41,501 bases of DNA, taken from a virus (Duplodnaviria; Caudoviricetes). Shown one piece after another: positions 7,687-17,670 of this stretch (positions within the stretch are counted from its first letter, which is position 1; each line of letters opens with the position of its first letter). The notes under the pieces are model-generated. The model was not told the origin of the DNA. It ran no database searches and saw nothing but the letters and a program-made list of their open reading frames with translations. Both the position numbers and the translations under genes were made by a program. The DNA is taken from positions 1 through 41,501 of the IMG/VR virus record IMGVR_UViG_3300016265_000843; one strand, given 5' to 3'.

Positions 7687-8576
7687 GCACCACCACCGAA
7701 GCGCTGCAGGCCATGGTTGGCCCCGGCCAGCAGGACGTGTTTGATGAGTTCCTGGCTGAGATCGCGGAACAGGGCCAGCAGATCGATGCGGCCGAGCGAA
7801 CGGCGATCGACGACGACGCCACAGACGACGACGATCAGCCGAAGCTGCTGGCCGGCAAGTTCCGATCAGCCGAGGAGCTGGAGAAGGCCTACCTCGAAGC
7901 GCAGAAGCTGATCGGCCAGCGCGGCCAGCAGCGCAGCGAGGAGAAGGCCCCGGCGGAACCGGCGCCGCTCAGCCGCGAGCAGGCGATCGAGCACTACGGC
8001 GATTCGATCGTGACCGCCGCAGAGGAGGCCGGCATTGATCTCGGCGCCTGGGATCAGGCCGTGCGCCGCGGCGACGACACGGCAGAGCTGCGCCAGAAGC
8101 TGAGCCAGCAGACCGGCATCCCCACCCAGCTGATCGAGCAGTACGAGGCGGCCTATCGCCCGCAGCAGAAGACAGCCGATGGCGGCACCCAGGGCCTCAC
8201 CGATGCCGATGTGGTGGAGATCAAGGCGACGGTCGGCGGCGAGGAGGAGTTCGCTCGCCTGTCGCAATGGGCGGCGACCAACCTGCAGCCGGCCGAGCTC
8301 AGCGCCTACAACCAGGCCGTGGATGCAGGCAACCGCCAGGCGGTGCAGGCCTTCCTGTGGGGAATGCAGGCCCGCGCCAATGGCAGCGCCACCACCCGCG
8401 AGCCCGAGCTGATCGGCGGCGGTCGGCCGCCCCAGGCCGCACGGTTCGAGACCCAGGAGCAGGCGCTGGAGGCAATGCGCAAGACCAACGAAAACGGCAA
8501 ACGCCTCTACAACGTCGATCCGAAATACCGGGCCTGGTACGAGAAGACGCTGGCGCGATCGACATTCAGCGCATAA
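7683..8576 (+). CDS. Capsid assembly scaffolding protein (T7 gp9-like)
   Basis: LAGKFRSAEELEKAY, VGGEEEFARLSQWAATNL, Y..DPKYR motifs; acidic; between portal and capsid. Confidence 0.92.
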   Translation: MSTTTEALQAMVGPGQQDVFDEFLAEIAEQGQQIDAAERTAIDDDATDDDDQPKLLAGKFRSAEELEKAYLEAQKLIGQRGQQRSEEKAPAEPAPLSREQAIEHYGDSIVTAAEEAGIDLGAWDQAVRRGDDTAELRQKLSQQTGIPTQLIEQYEAAYRPQQKTADGGTQGLTDADVVEIKATVGGEEEFARLSQWAATNLQPAELSAYNQAVDAGNRQAVQAFLWGMQARANGSATTREPELIGGGRPPQAARFETQEQALEAMRKTNENGKRLYNVDPKYRAWYEKTLARSTFSA

Positions 8577-8680
8577 TGAGCGCATGAGTTGATCTGCACG
8601 GGTGGAGCTAAACGGGCCTCCTGCGGGAGATACCCCGCTGCGGTGAAGCAACGGACAGAGGCTCGCAATCCCTTCGGCCA
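8572..8680 (+). promoter_or_regulatory. Capsid gene promoter/leader region
   Basis: CATAAT (8572-8577), CTGCAC GG GTGGAG motif (8594-8607), CTCC-TGCG-GGAG hairpin in a ~100 nt leader. Confidence 0.5.
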
Positions 8681-9934
8681 ATGGCCACTCTCACGAACCT
8701 CGACCGTCTCGGTCAAATCAAGCAGAACGGCGACGTTGATGCGCTGTTCCTCAAGCTCGGGATGACGGAGGTGCTTGACGCCTTCGATCGCACCTGCGTG
8801 TTCAAGGGCAAGGTCAAGGAACGGAACATCCGCGGCGGCAAGTCTGCGGCGTTCCAGGTGTCCGGTCGCAACCAGGCCGCGTACCACGTTCCTGGCCAGC
8901 CCATCCTGGGTGACACCAGCCCGGTGAGCTCCAGCGACCGCAACGAGTACATCATCAACCTGGACGGCCTGCTGGTCGCCAGCGATGTGATCTACGAACT
9001 CGACGAGCTGAAGAACTACGTCGATGTGCGGCAGGACACCACGCATCAGCTGGGGCAAGCCCTGGCCCGTGAGTGGGATGCCCGCGCCGCCCGCGTGATT
9101 TACGGGGCCGCCAAGACGACCACCGAGCCGCTGAACTCGGCCGGCGCGGTTGTCACCGGCAGCATTGCCACCACCACCCTCACGGTCACGGCTGTCACCA
9201 GCGGTCGCCTGGTGGTGGGGCAGACGATCAGCGGCACTGGCGTCACCGCCGGCACCACGATCGTTGCCCAGCTCACCCAGACCAGTGGTGATGCGGCCGG
9301 CCTGCGCGGCACCTATCAGGTGTCGGCATCGCAGACCGCGGCTTCAACCACGATCACGGCGGTGGGCGGCCCCAGCGCCGGCCGCACCGGCCAGTCGCGC
9401 ACCCTGAGCGGCACCTATCTGAGCGGCACCAACAACGCCCGAGGCGACGAGCTGATCGCTGCAATCTCGGGCCTGAAGGTGTCCATGCAGACCAAGGACG
9501 TGCCAACCGACGACCTGATCGCAGTGGTTCCTCCGGCCGAGTACGACTCGCTGCTGGACAGCACCCGTGCGATCAACGCCGATTACAACGGCGGCGCCAG
9601 CAACGGCGGTCGCAACGGCACCTTTGCCGATGGCCGCATCCTGCGGGTCAAAGGCATCCCGGTGTACGCGAGCAATCACGTCACCCAGGCTGCTTACACC
9701 AACACGACCTACGACAAGAACACTGACTACCAGCAGGATCTGTCGAAGTGTCGTGGCATCGTGTTCCACCGTGATGCGATCGGTGTTCTCACCCTTCGCA
9801 ACATCGGCCTGCAGATCACGCCCACCGGGGGCGACTTCAACATCATGTACCAGGCCCACCTGTTTGTCGCTCGCATGGCGATCGGCATGGCGAAGCTCCG
9901 GCCCGAATGTGCCGGCGTGATCGAACTGCCGTAA
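8681..9934 (+). CDS. Major capsid protein (T7 gp10-like) with ~75 aa Thr/Gly-rich insertion
   Basis: ALFLKL...[30 protein letters not shown]...[20 protein letters not shown] motifs. Confidence 0.95.
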   Translation: MATLTNLDRLGQIKQNGDVDALFLKLGMTEVLDAFDRTCVFKGKVKERNIRGGKSAAFQVSGRNQAAYHVPGQPILGDTSPVSSSDRNEYIINLDGLLVASDVIYELDELKNYVDVRQDTTHQLGQALAREWDARAARVIYGAAKTTTEPLNSAGAVVTGSIATTTLTVTAVTSGRLVVGQTISGTGVTAGTTIVAQLTQTSGDAAGLRGTYQVSASQTAASTTITAVGGPSAGRTGQSRTLSGTYLSGTNNARGDELIAAISGLKVSMQTKDVPTDDLIAVVPPAEYDSLLDSTRAINADYNGGASNGGRNGTFADGRILRVKGIPVYASNHVTQAAYTNTTYDKNTDYQQDLSKCRGIVFHRDAIGVLTLRNIGLQITPTGGDFNIMYQAHLFVARMAIGMAKLRPECAGVIELP

Positions 9935-9978
9935 GTTGAGGCCGGCCCCTTGGAGAGGGCCGGCATGTGGGACGAGGG

Positions 9979-10001
9979 GCCCCGGGAGACCGGGGCTTTT
10001 T
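9979..10001 (+). terminator. Rho-independent terminator after the capsid gene (T-phi position)
   Basis: GCCCCGG-GAGA-CCGGGGC-TTTTT; preceded by hairpin GCCGGCCC/GGGCCGGC at 9941-9964. Confidence 0.85.
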
Positions 10002-10042
10002 CATGCAGTAAGCTGGCGCCGGATTCTCCATTACAGATCCAG

Positions 10043-10068
10043 GCCCCGGGTGCAGACGGGGCTTTTTT
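10043..10068 (+). terminator. Second intrinsic terminator
   Basis: GCCCCG-GGTGCAGA-CGGGGC-TTTTTT. Confidence 0.8.
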
Positions 10069-10111
10069 GTGCCCACCGATAGCATGAGCTCAGCACCCAT
10101 GCAGAGAGCTG

Positions 10112-10768
10112 ATGGGCATCGCCAATCAGGCCGTCACCCCAGGGCGCACCACGCTGCTTGATGCGGTGAACGTCTGCCTGCAGAACATCGGCGAGCAACC
10201 GGTCAACAGCCTGGAGACGCAGCAGGTGGCCGAGGCGGCCCTGGCTGAACGCACCCTGCTGGAGTTCCACAAGGAGGGGCAGACCCGCGGCTGGAGCTGG
10301 AACAGCGAAAGCGGCTACGAGTTCTTCACCGATCAGGCCAGCGGTCAGATGCTGGTGCCGACCAATCTGGTCAGCTGGTCGCCGGATCCCTACCAGTGGG
10401 CCGGGCGGTTCCAGCTCCGTGGTCAGCGCGTCTACGACCTGGAGAAGCACAGCTATCAGCTGTCCGGCATCAACAGCCTCACCGCCGATGTGGTGTGGCT
10501 GCTGCCCTGGGACGACAGCCCCGAGGCCTACAACCGCTGGACCACGATCCGCGCCGCCCGGGTGTTTTCCGATCGGGTGCTCGGCTCCGATTCCGTGTTC
10601 CGGTTCACGGCGGTGGATGAGCAGCAGGCGCTGATCGAGCTGCAGCGGGTGGAGATGGAGCAGGCCGCGCCCAACAGCATCACCGGCGGCCCTGGCATCG
10701 CCCCCTTCCCTACCTACTCGCCAGCGCTCGGCCTGCTCGGCCGCCGGGGAGGACTGCTGCGTGGCTGA
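10112..10768 (+). CDS. Tail tubular protein A / adaptor (T7 gp11-like)
   Basis: TLLDAVNVCLQNIGEQPVNSL, GQTRGWSWN, RGQRVYD motifs. Confidence 0.93.
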   Translation: MGIANQAVTPGRTTLLDAVNVCLQNIGEQPVNSLETQQVAEAALAERTLLEFHKEGQTRGWSWNSESGYEFFTDQASGQMLVPTNLVSWSPDPYQWAGRFQLRGQRVYDLEKHSYQLSGINSLTADVVWLLPWDDSPEAYNRWTTIRAARVFSDRVLGSDSVFRFTAVDEQQALIELQRVEMEQAAPNSITGGPGIAPFPTYSPALGLLGRRGGLLRG

Positions 10769-13529
10769 TCTCGTCAGCTCGACCATCCCCAACCTGATCC
10801 AGGGGGTCAGCCAGCAGCCTGATGCGCAACGGGATCCATCCCAGGGCGAAATCCAGATCAACGCGGTCTCGTCGCTGACCGACGGCCTGCGCAAGCGGGA
10901 CGGGTCCCGCGCCATCGCCCGGCTCTCCACCAGCTCCCTGGGCGATGTGCTGTTCCACCAGATCCTGCGCGACGCCGACGAGCAGTACCTGGTGGCGATC
11001 GCCAAGACGGCGATCCGGGTGTTTGAGCTGGATGGCACTGAGCGCACCGTCACGGCGCCCTACGGCTACGGCTACCTCTCCACGGTGGTGAGCGCCCGCT
11101 CTGACATCCGCGCCGCCTCGATCGCGGATTACACCTTCATCAGCAACACCAAGCGGGTGCCGGCGATGAAGGCCGCCCTGGCCCCGGCGGTGGCGCGGCC
11201 GGCCGCCCATGAGGCGCTGGTGTGGGTGAAGGCGGCCAACTACGGCCAGCGCTACACGGTCAACGTCAACGGCCAGCAGGTCACGGTGACCACGGCAGTG
11301 GCGCCGGTGGTGGTGAGCGGCACCACGACCACCGAGAACCGGATCTCTGCCGCCGAGATCGCCAGCCAGATCCGCGGCGCCCTGCTGGGCGGGGCGGCCA
11401 CGGCGCTGACGCTGGTGGGCTCCGCCACCACCCTGAACGGCACGGTCAACAACGTGGCCACCAGCACCGATGAGGGCGGCAGCGGGCTGACGGTGAACGT
11501 AACCGGCAACGGCACCGTGATCACTGCCGTGGCGATCGGCAACGCCGCCGGCACGGCCTACCGATCCGGGGACAAGGTGTACGTCGCCCGCAGCCTGCTG
11601 CAGGGCGGCACTGATGCCACGCCGGTGCAGGTGGCCACGATCAACACGGCGGCGGCCGGGCCCCTCACGGGGGTCTCGATCGCCCGCAGCGGATCGGTGC
11701 TGCACCTCACCAGTAGCAACGCGATCACGATCAGCGCCACCGATGCCCGGGCCAATGCGGACATCACGGCGATCCTGACCAGCGTGCAGGCGTTCACCGA
11801 GCTGCCAACGATCGCGCCGCAGGGCTACCAGGTGGAGATCATCGGCGACCCGGGCAACAAGTTCGATGGCTATTACGTCCAGTTCGTGCCCCGCAGCGGC
11901 ACGTTTGGAGAGGGCAGCTGGCAGGAGACGGTGAGCCCCGGCGTCGAGTACATGATCGACGAAACCACGATGCCGCACCTGTTGATCCGGCTGGCCAACG
12001 GCACCTTCTATTTCGGCCCGGCCAACCTCACCGTCCAGGGCGGCACCGTGATTCCAGCGTGGGGAAATCGTACAACCGGCGATTATGAAACTGCGCCGGA
12101 TCCCAGCTTTATTGGCTATCCGATCCAGGACGTTTTCATCTACAAGAACCGCCTGGGCTTCCTGGCGGATGAGAACGTGATCCTGAGCCGCACCCGCGAC
12201 TTTTTTGAGTTCTTCCCTGAAACCGTCACGGCGGTGCTCGACACCGATCCAATCGACATCACCGCCAGCAACAACCGGGTGGCCGTGCTGCGCTACGCGG
12301 TGCCGTACCAGGACGAGCTGATCGTCTTCTCGGATCAGATTCAGTTCCGCTTCAACGCCGCCGAGACGGTACTGACGCCAGCGACTGCGCAGATCACGGT
12401 GCTCACGCAGTACGAGATCGATCCCGACTGCCGGCCTGTCCCCGTCCAGGGCACCATCATCTTCTGCCAGGCCAATGGCCAATGGAGTCAGTTCCGCGAG
12501 TTCAGCGTGCGCGGCGTTGGCACCGCTCTCACGGCTGATGCCAGTGATCTGACGGTCTACGTCAGCAGCTACGTTCCTTCCGAAGTCTTCCGCATTGTTG
12601 CCAACGACACCGGCAATGTGTGGTTCGCTCTATCCGGCAAGACTGGCTATCAGAATCGCATCTACGTCTACAAATACTTCTACCGCAACAGCGGTAGCGG
12701 CCCCGAGCGAATCCAGAACAGCTGGAGCTATTGGCAGCTCAGTGGTGCCGCCAGCATCCTCTCGATCCTGTGCGTCCGCGAGACGCTTTACCTGCTGACG
12801 CAGTACGGCAGCGAGGTCTGGCTGGAGGCGGTGTCAGCGGCGGACCGCGCTGGCGGCCAGGCGCCCGCCCCCTATCAGCCACTGCTCGATCGGCGGGTCA
12901 GCACCACCACCGACACCCCGACCGCCATCCGCGTCGCCGCCGGCACCTACAACGCCACGACCAACACCACCACCTGGACGCTGCCCTACACAATCGCGGC
13001 GCCGACGCAGGCCTGGAGCCAGTTCGCGGCCGGCGTTGATGGCGGCGTGCTGCTGGCGGAGGCAAGCAGCGGCACCACACTCACCGCCCGGGGCAACTGG
13101 TCTGCGGCGCCGGTGGTCTTCGGGGAGCTCTACCTGTTCCGATACCGGTTCACCCGGTTCAAGCTCTACCAGGAGGCCAATGGCGGCCGCACGGCCAACA
13201 ACACGATGCGGACGCAGGTGCGTCACGCCAAGCTCCGCTATCACAGCACCCGCTACTTCGAGGCCTGGGTGACGGCCGAGCGGCGCGAGCCAGCCATGTA
13301 CGGCTTCGGCGGCATCGTGCTCGGCTCGCGCCTGTCGCAGCTCGGCAGCAACATCAGCAACGACATCGATGTGGCGACGCCTCGCTACATGGAAGGCGTG
13401 TTCCAGATCCCGATCATGAGCCGGGGCGAGAACGCGATCGTCGAGCTGCGCAACAACACGGCGGCACCCTGCCAGTTCTCCAGCTGCGACTGGGTGGGCC
13501 TGCTGACCGGCCAGGCCAGGAGCCTCTGA
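10761..13529 (+). CDS. Tail tubular protein B / nozzle (T7 gp12-like) with a ~95 aa insertion
   Basis: IPNLIQGVSQQPD, GLRKR, RDADEQY, ADYTFI.N, PSFIG, KNRLGFL, DTDPID motifs. Confidence 0.94.
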   Translation: MADLVSSTIPNLIQGVSQQPDAQRDPSQGEIQINAVSSLTDGLRKRDGSRAIARLSTSSLGDVLFHQILRDADEQYLVAIAKTAIRVFELDGTERTVTAPYGYGYLSTVVSARSDIRAASIADYTFISNTKRVPAMKAALAPAVARPAAHEALVWVKAANYGQRYTVNVNGQQVTVTTAVAPVVVSGTTTTENRISAAEIASQIRGALLGGAATALTLVGSATTLNGTVNNVATSTDEGGSGLTVNVTGNGTVITAVAIGNAAGTAYRSGDKVYVARSLLQGGTDATPVQVATINTAAAGPLTGVSIARSGSVLHLTSSNAITISATDARANADITAILTSVQAFTELPTIAPQGYQVEIIGDPGNKFDGYYVQFVPRSGTFGEGSWQETVSPGVEYMIDETTMPHLLIRLANGTFYFGPANLTVQGGTVIPAWGNRTTGDYETAPDPSFIGYPIQDVFIYKNRLGFLADENVILSRTRDFFEFFPETVTAVLDTDPIDITASNNRVAVLRYAVPYQDELIVFSDQIQFRFNAAETVLTPATAQITVLTQYEIDPDCRPVPVQGTIIFCQANGQWSQFREFSVRGVGTALTADASDLTVYVSSYVPSEVFRIVANDTGNVWFALSGKTGYQNRIYVYKYFYRNSGSGPERIQNSWSYWQLSGAASILSILCVRETLYLLTQYGSEVWLEAVSAADRAGGQAPAPYQPLLDRRVSTTTDTPTAIRVAAGTYNATTNTTTWTLPYTIAAPTQAWSQFAAGVDGGVLLAEASSGTTLTARGNWSAAPVVFGELYLFRYRFTRFKLYQEANGGRTANNTMRTQVRHAKLRYHSTRYFEAWVTAERREPAMYGFGGIVLGSRLSQLGSNISNDIDVATPRYMEGVFQIPIMSRGENAIVELRNNTAAPCQFSSCDWVGLLTGQARSL

Positions 13530-13975
13530 TGGACTGGGCTGATCCAACAACTGCACGGGTGCAGCACATTGCGAGAATGCTGCGATACCAGGACCGTCTG
13601 GAAGTGCTCTACAGCCACGGGATCACGGGGGAGGATGCAGTGCTCTCCAGCTGGCGCAACGCTGAAATCTGTCGTTGCATAGATGGAGATGACGGCGCAG
13701 CCGTGGGGATCTGTGGAGTCACAAGAGGGCGAACGATCTGGCTGCTCGGCACCGATGAGCTGCTGGCCACCGCCAGCCACCGCCGCCAGTTCCTGCGCGG
13801 CGCCCGCCGCTGGGTGGATGGCCTGATGGCTGATCACCCGCTGCTGGAGAACTGGGCGCTCTGGAGCAACCGGGACACGCTGCGCTGGCTGGAGTGGCTC
13901 GGCTTCACGATCGACACCCCCCAGCCGATGGGCCGCAGCGCCCAGCTGTTCGCGCATTTCTGGAGGGCAGCCTGA
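13529..13975 (+). CDS. T7 gp13-like GNAT-fold (acetyltransferase-like) virion assembly protein
   Basis: LRYQDRLEV, IWLLGTDEL, LENW...N..TLRWLEWLGF motifs; position after the nozzle. Confidence 0.85.
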   Translation: MDWADPTTARVQHIARMLRYQDRLEVLYSHGITGEDAVLSSWRNAEICRCIDGDDGAAVGICGVTRGRTIWLLGTDELLATASHRRQFLRGARRWVDGLMADHPLLENWALWSNRDTLRWLEWLGFTIDTPQPMGRSAQLFAHFWRAA

Positions 13976-14817
13976 TGGATCCGTTGACTGCCTCAATCGC
14001 GCTGGGCGCCGCGCAAGGTGCGCTGGGGCTTCTCGGCGCCGGCGCGGAGAACGCCGCCGCCAAGCAGGACTACGCCAACCGGACCGCATTCCAGAACGCG
14101 AACACGCAGTTTGCGCGGTGGCAGGCGAGCTTCAACGCACGAGTGGCCGATGCCAACGCCCAGTACAACTACTGGCAGGAGACGGTCAACTACAACCAGA
14201 ACCTGGCCTACGCCCGCAGCCTGCGCAACTACGAAACACTGCAGGCGATTGCCCAGGCGGATGTTGTCGGTCAGACCCGTGCGGCGGCCGGCGCCGCCTT
14301 CATGGGCGATAGCCAGGCGATCAGCCAGCAGGCCGCCGAAGCGTCAATGCGCGAAGCAGTGGCACTGCAGCAGTACCAGGTGGCAGCGCTCAAGGCCCGC
14401 AGTCGGGTCACGGCCGCAGGGCAGGAAGGCGCATCGGTTGATCGACTGATCAACGACTATGTGCGCCAGGTGGGCGACTACCAGGCGATTCAGGCGATCA
14501 ACGAAGGATTCCGCACCCGGCAGTACAGCCGCGAACAGGCGGCCCAGGTGGCGAACTATCTGAGTCGATACAACTCCCAGCAGTTCTATCAGGAGCGCCC
14601 CTACATGGAGCCGATCGCGCCATTCGCGCCCCTCCCGGCCCTGCTGCAGGCGCCCGAGCCAACCATGACGGGTTCCGGCCCGAGCGGCGGCGCCGCGGCC
14701 CTACGGATTGGTTCGGCGCTGATGGGCGGCGTCAGCGCCGGCATCCAGGCCTACTCGACCCTGAAGCCCCTGGCGGGCACCTATCCGAAGCCGGCCCCGG
14801 CCCCGACAAGTAACTGA
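13975..14817 (+). CDS. Internal virion protein (T7 gp14-like)
   Basis: Hydrophobic Gly/Ala N-terminus, AAGQEGASVDRL motif, Ala/Gln-rich; ATG at 13975. Confidence 0.75.
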   Translation: MDPLTASIALGAAQGALGLLGAGAENAAAKQDYANRTAFQNANTQFARWQASFNARVADANAQYNYWQETVNYNQNLAYARSLRNYETLQAIAQADVVGQTRAAAGAAFMGDSQAISQQAAEASMREAVALQQYQVAALKARSRVTAAGQEGASVDRLINDYVRQVGDYQAIQAINEGFRTRQYSREQAAQVANYLSRYNSQQFYQERPYMEPIAPFAPLPALLQAPEPTMTGSGPSGGAAALRIGSALMGGVSAGIQAYSTLKPLAGTYPKPAPAPTSN

Positions 14818-14819
14818 CC

Positions 14820-17666
14820 ATGGCGCGAGAAGACCTCCCGCTCAACCAGATCACCCCGGCGGCCAGGCCTGTTGATGCCTTTGTGCAGCCGGCGGTGCAG
14901 CGCCCGGCGGCGCCGGCAGAGCTGAAGCTGATGCCGAACCCCAGCGGCATCCAGCTGATCGGCCAATCGTCTGGCGGCAGCGTTGAGGGCGTCAACCAAC
15001 TGGCGGAACTGGCCGGGGCCCTGGCGCCATTCAGCAGGCAGCTGATGGAGCTTGCCGGCGGCGGAGTGAAGCTCTACGCCAGCTCCGAATACGAGAAGGG
15101 CCAGAACGAAGCCATGCGAGCAACCGTGCTCGCCAACCAGCAGATGCTGGCCACCGCCAGCGAATACGCCGCCGAAAACCGCCGTCTCGACAAGGTTGAC
15201 CCGGTGGCGGCCCTGATGATGGATCGGGTCAACCCGTTCCGCCAAGGGGGGCGCCAGAACGCGCTCACCCGCGTAGCTGGGAACGAGATCCTGCCGGCCG
15301 TGATGAAGGCCTATGGCTCGATTCCAGGCGTGGCTCAGCTTGAGCTGGGGCATCCCGTGCTGAAACAGGCCGTCGCCCAGGCCATCCAGGGGGTGATGCA
15401 GAGCTACGGGATTGATGCCGGATCGCCTGGCTTCATCGAGAACGTTCTGCCGCAGATCAGCCAAGCGGAATCAAGGGTCTACGAGCGGCATGAACAGGAT
15501 CACGTCGGCCTTCTCAAGGACACCGCCTGGCGCGATGCAGCGCTGGAGGTGAGCAGTATTTATGCAAAAGCGAGAGGCACTGGTGTAGTCGAATGGACTG
15601 AGTTTGATCCTGTGACCGGGCAGGAAATCAGAAAGACGGCGAAGCTGGGCGAAAACCGTGCCGAGTGGGAGCGCGGGATCCAGATTCTCGCTGGTCAAGT
15701 TGCGAAGCGTCTTGCGGACGCAACTGGTATCACAGGTGAAACAACAGAGCTGCAGGCCAGGATGTTCACGAGGCTTGCGGAAATGGCGGGTCACGCTGGC
15801 AATACCGAGCTTGCAAGGATCCTGTATTACACGCCAGTGGGACTGGCCGACAAGAACGGCAGAAGGCCGGCAGCTGGCGAATACTTTGGGATTGAAATGT
15901 ATGAAGGCGCTTACGAGATCGAGCAAAAGAGGTGGCAGGACCGTCAACGCTCTATTGAGCGCGGCGTTGAGGATTTCAAGTCGGAGCTTGCGGTCGAAAC
16001 TCAAGGACTGCCCGATGGCCCTGATCGCGGCGCTGCGATTGCGCGGTTGATCGAGAAGTATGTGGGCCTCAAGATTCCGCGATCGGAACTGGTTGAGGCC
16101 GCCGGAAGTATGAGCACCACGCTCGACAGCGTGGCGGGGCGCAGCTTTGACCCGTCGCAGATGGACAGTCTGCTGCGCAGCTTCCAGGCCCGCGTCAGCG
16201 CGGAATGGGACGCGACGGTAGCTGATCAAGAGTTCAATCGATTGCTCACAACGGTGGCGCCGCAGGAGCGCGGGGCATTCAGCGAGCGCTATGCCGCCAT
16301 CCGCCGCACCAAAGAGAACGAGAAGAACGACATCCCGAGCAATCTGATCAACCCGCTGATCAGCGCCAAGATCAAGAGCGGCCTGCGCTGGGCCTATCCC
16401 GACAACGTGACCGAGGCCTCGCTTCGCGGGGCTGACATCAGCGCAATGATGGCGTGGGGCGATGCCGACGTTGCCAAATCCGCGCAGCTGCAGCTCAGCG
16501 CCTACACGCGGCATGTTGTCGCCAGGTTGCGGGAGGCGGAATCGCGCAAGGGCGAAAAACTCAACACCGACGAAATCCTCAGGATCACAACTGACGCCCT
16601 GGCGGAATACGGCACCAAGAACAAAGAGATGTTCAATGATCTGTTTCCCGGTTCCGCCCAGACCGACACGCCATCCGTTGGCGGCCGGGCGAGGCCACCG
16701 GCCACCGCCCGCCCTGCTGGCGGCACGCGGCCGACAGGCGGTGGCAGCGGGGGTAACGGGGGCAGCGCACCTCCAGGCGGCGCCCGCCCCCTGCCGATGG
16801 TGTTCCCGTCCGGTCAGCTCGACAACATCCCCAATCGCAGCCAGCGCCTACAGAGCGGCGAGCCGGTGCTGGCGCTGCCCAGCCTGCAGGAGGAGATCGC
16901 CAGGGTCTACAACGGCCAGGCCCCCAGCCCAGCGGTGATCCGTGCAGCGCGTGATGCGGGGTACGGCAGCAATGTGGGCCAGTGGTTGCTGCGCGAGGCC
17001 GGCAACTATGAGGCCTACGACCTGGATCCACGGGTGAGGCAAAAGCTGCTGCGCAGCAGCAACGATGCCGCTGGAGTTGCTGGCGCCACTCAGGTAGCCG
17101 CTGCGCCCCCCTCTGCGGTTCAGCAGTTTGGCAGCTGGTGGCTGAACGTCTTGACCGGCGCGAGCCCCTCTTACGCCGGCACTCTTTCGTCCATGCGAGG
17201 AGGCGGCCGGAATGGCGCAGGCCCTTTTACGGATAGCCCGGTGGCAAGCATCGGCAACGTCAACATGACGAGATTGCGCACTGCGATTGTTGGCAAGGAA
17301 AGCGGTGGCAGCTTCTCCGCCGTCAATCCCGATTCCGGCGCACTTGGCTATGGCCAGGTGATGCCAAGCAACGTTGGCCCCTGGACCCAGGAGCACTACG
17401 GACGCCGTCTGACGCCTGAGCAGTTCCTGGCCAGCCGAGAGGCGCAGCTGGCAGTTGTGAATGGTCAGCTGGCCAAGATCGTGCGCCAGCAACAGGCCGC
17501 CGGCTATAGCGGCGACATTGCAATCCGCCGCGCCGCCGCCATCTGGTATAGCGGCAATGGCAATCTATTCGACGATAACAGCCCGCAGTATTACAAGGGT
17601 CGACGATACCCGTCGATCCGCGAATACACGCTCGACATTCTCAACAGCTACAAGCGAGGAGGCTGA
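14820..17666 (+). CDS. Internal virion protein (gp15 position) with C-terminal lytic transglycosylase/lysozyme-like domain
   Basis: N-term PAARPVDAFVQP, QLAELAGALAPFS; C-term AIVGKESGG...NPDSGALGYGQVMPSN...WYSG. Confidence 0.8.
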   Translation: MAREDLPLNQITPAARPVDAFVQPAVQRPAAPAELKLMPNPSGIQLIGQSSGGSVEGVNQLAELAGALAPFSRQLMELAGGGVKLYASSEYEKGQNEAMRATVLANQQMLATASEYAAENRRLDKVDPVAALMMDRVNPFRQGGRQNALTRVAGNEILPAVMKAYGSIPGVAQLELGHPVLKQAVAQAIQGVMQSYGIDAGSPGFIENVLPQISQAESRVYERHEQDHVGLLKDTAWRDAALEVSSIYAKARGTGVVEWTEFDPVTGQEIRKTAKLGENRAEWERGIQILAGQVAKRLADATGITGETTELQARMFTRLAEMAGHAGNTELARILYYTPVGLADKNGRRPAAGEYFGIEMYEGAYEIEQKRWQDRQRSIERGVEDFKSELAVETQGLPDGPDRGAAIARLIEKYVGLKIPRSELVEAAGSMSTTLDSVAGRSFDPSQMDSLLRSFQARVSAEWDATVADQEFNRLLTTVAPQERGAFSERYAAIRRTKENEKNDIPSNLINPLISAKIKSGLRWAYPDNVTEASLRGADISAMMAWGDADVAKSAQLQLSAYTRHVVARLREAESRKGEKLNTDEILRITTDALAEYGTKNKEMFNDLFPGSAQTDTPSVGGRARPPATARPAGGTRPTGGGSGGNGGSAPPGGARPLPMVFPSGQLDNIPNRSQRLQSGEPVLALPSLQEEIARVYNGQAPSPAVIRAARDAGYGSNVGQWLLREAGNYEAYDLDPRVRQKLLRSSNDAAGVAGATQVAAAPPSAVQQFGSWWLNVLTGASPSYAGTLSSMRGGGRNGAGPFTDSPVASIGNVNMTRLRTAIVGKESGGSFSAVNPDSGALGYGQVMPSNVGPWTQEHYGRRLTPEQFLASREAQLAVVNGQLAKIVRQQQAAGYSGDIAIRRAAAIWYSGNGNLFDDNSPQYYKGRRYPSIREYTLDILNSYKRGG

Positions 17667-17670
17667 CCCA

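Noticed and set aside
9900-9975. T7 10A/10B-type capsid frameshift extension
   Set aside because: No slippery sequence seen and terminators follow the stop directly
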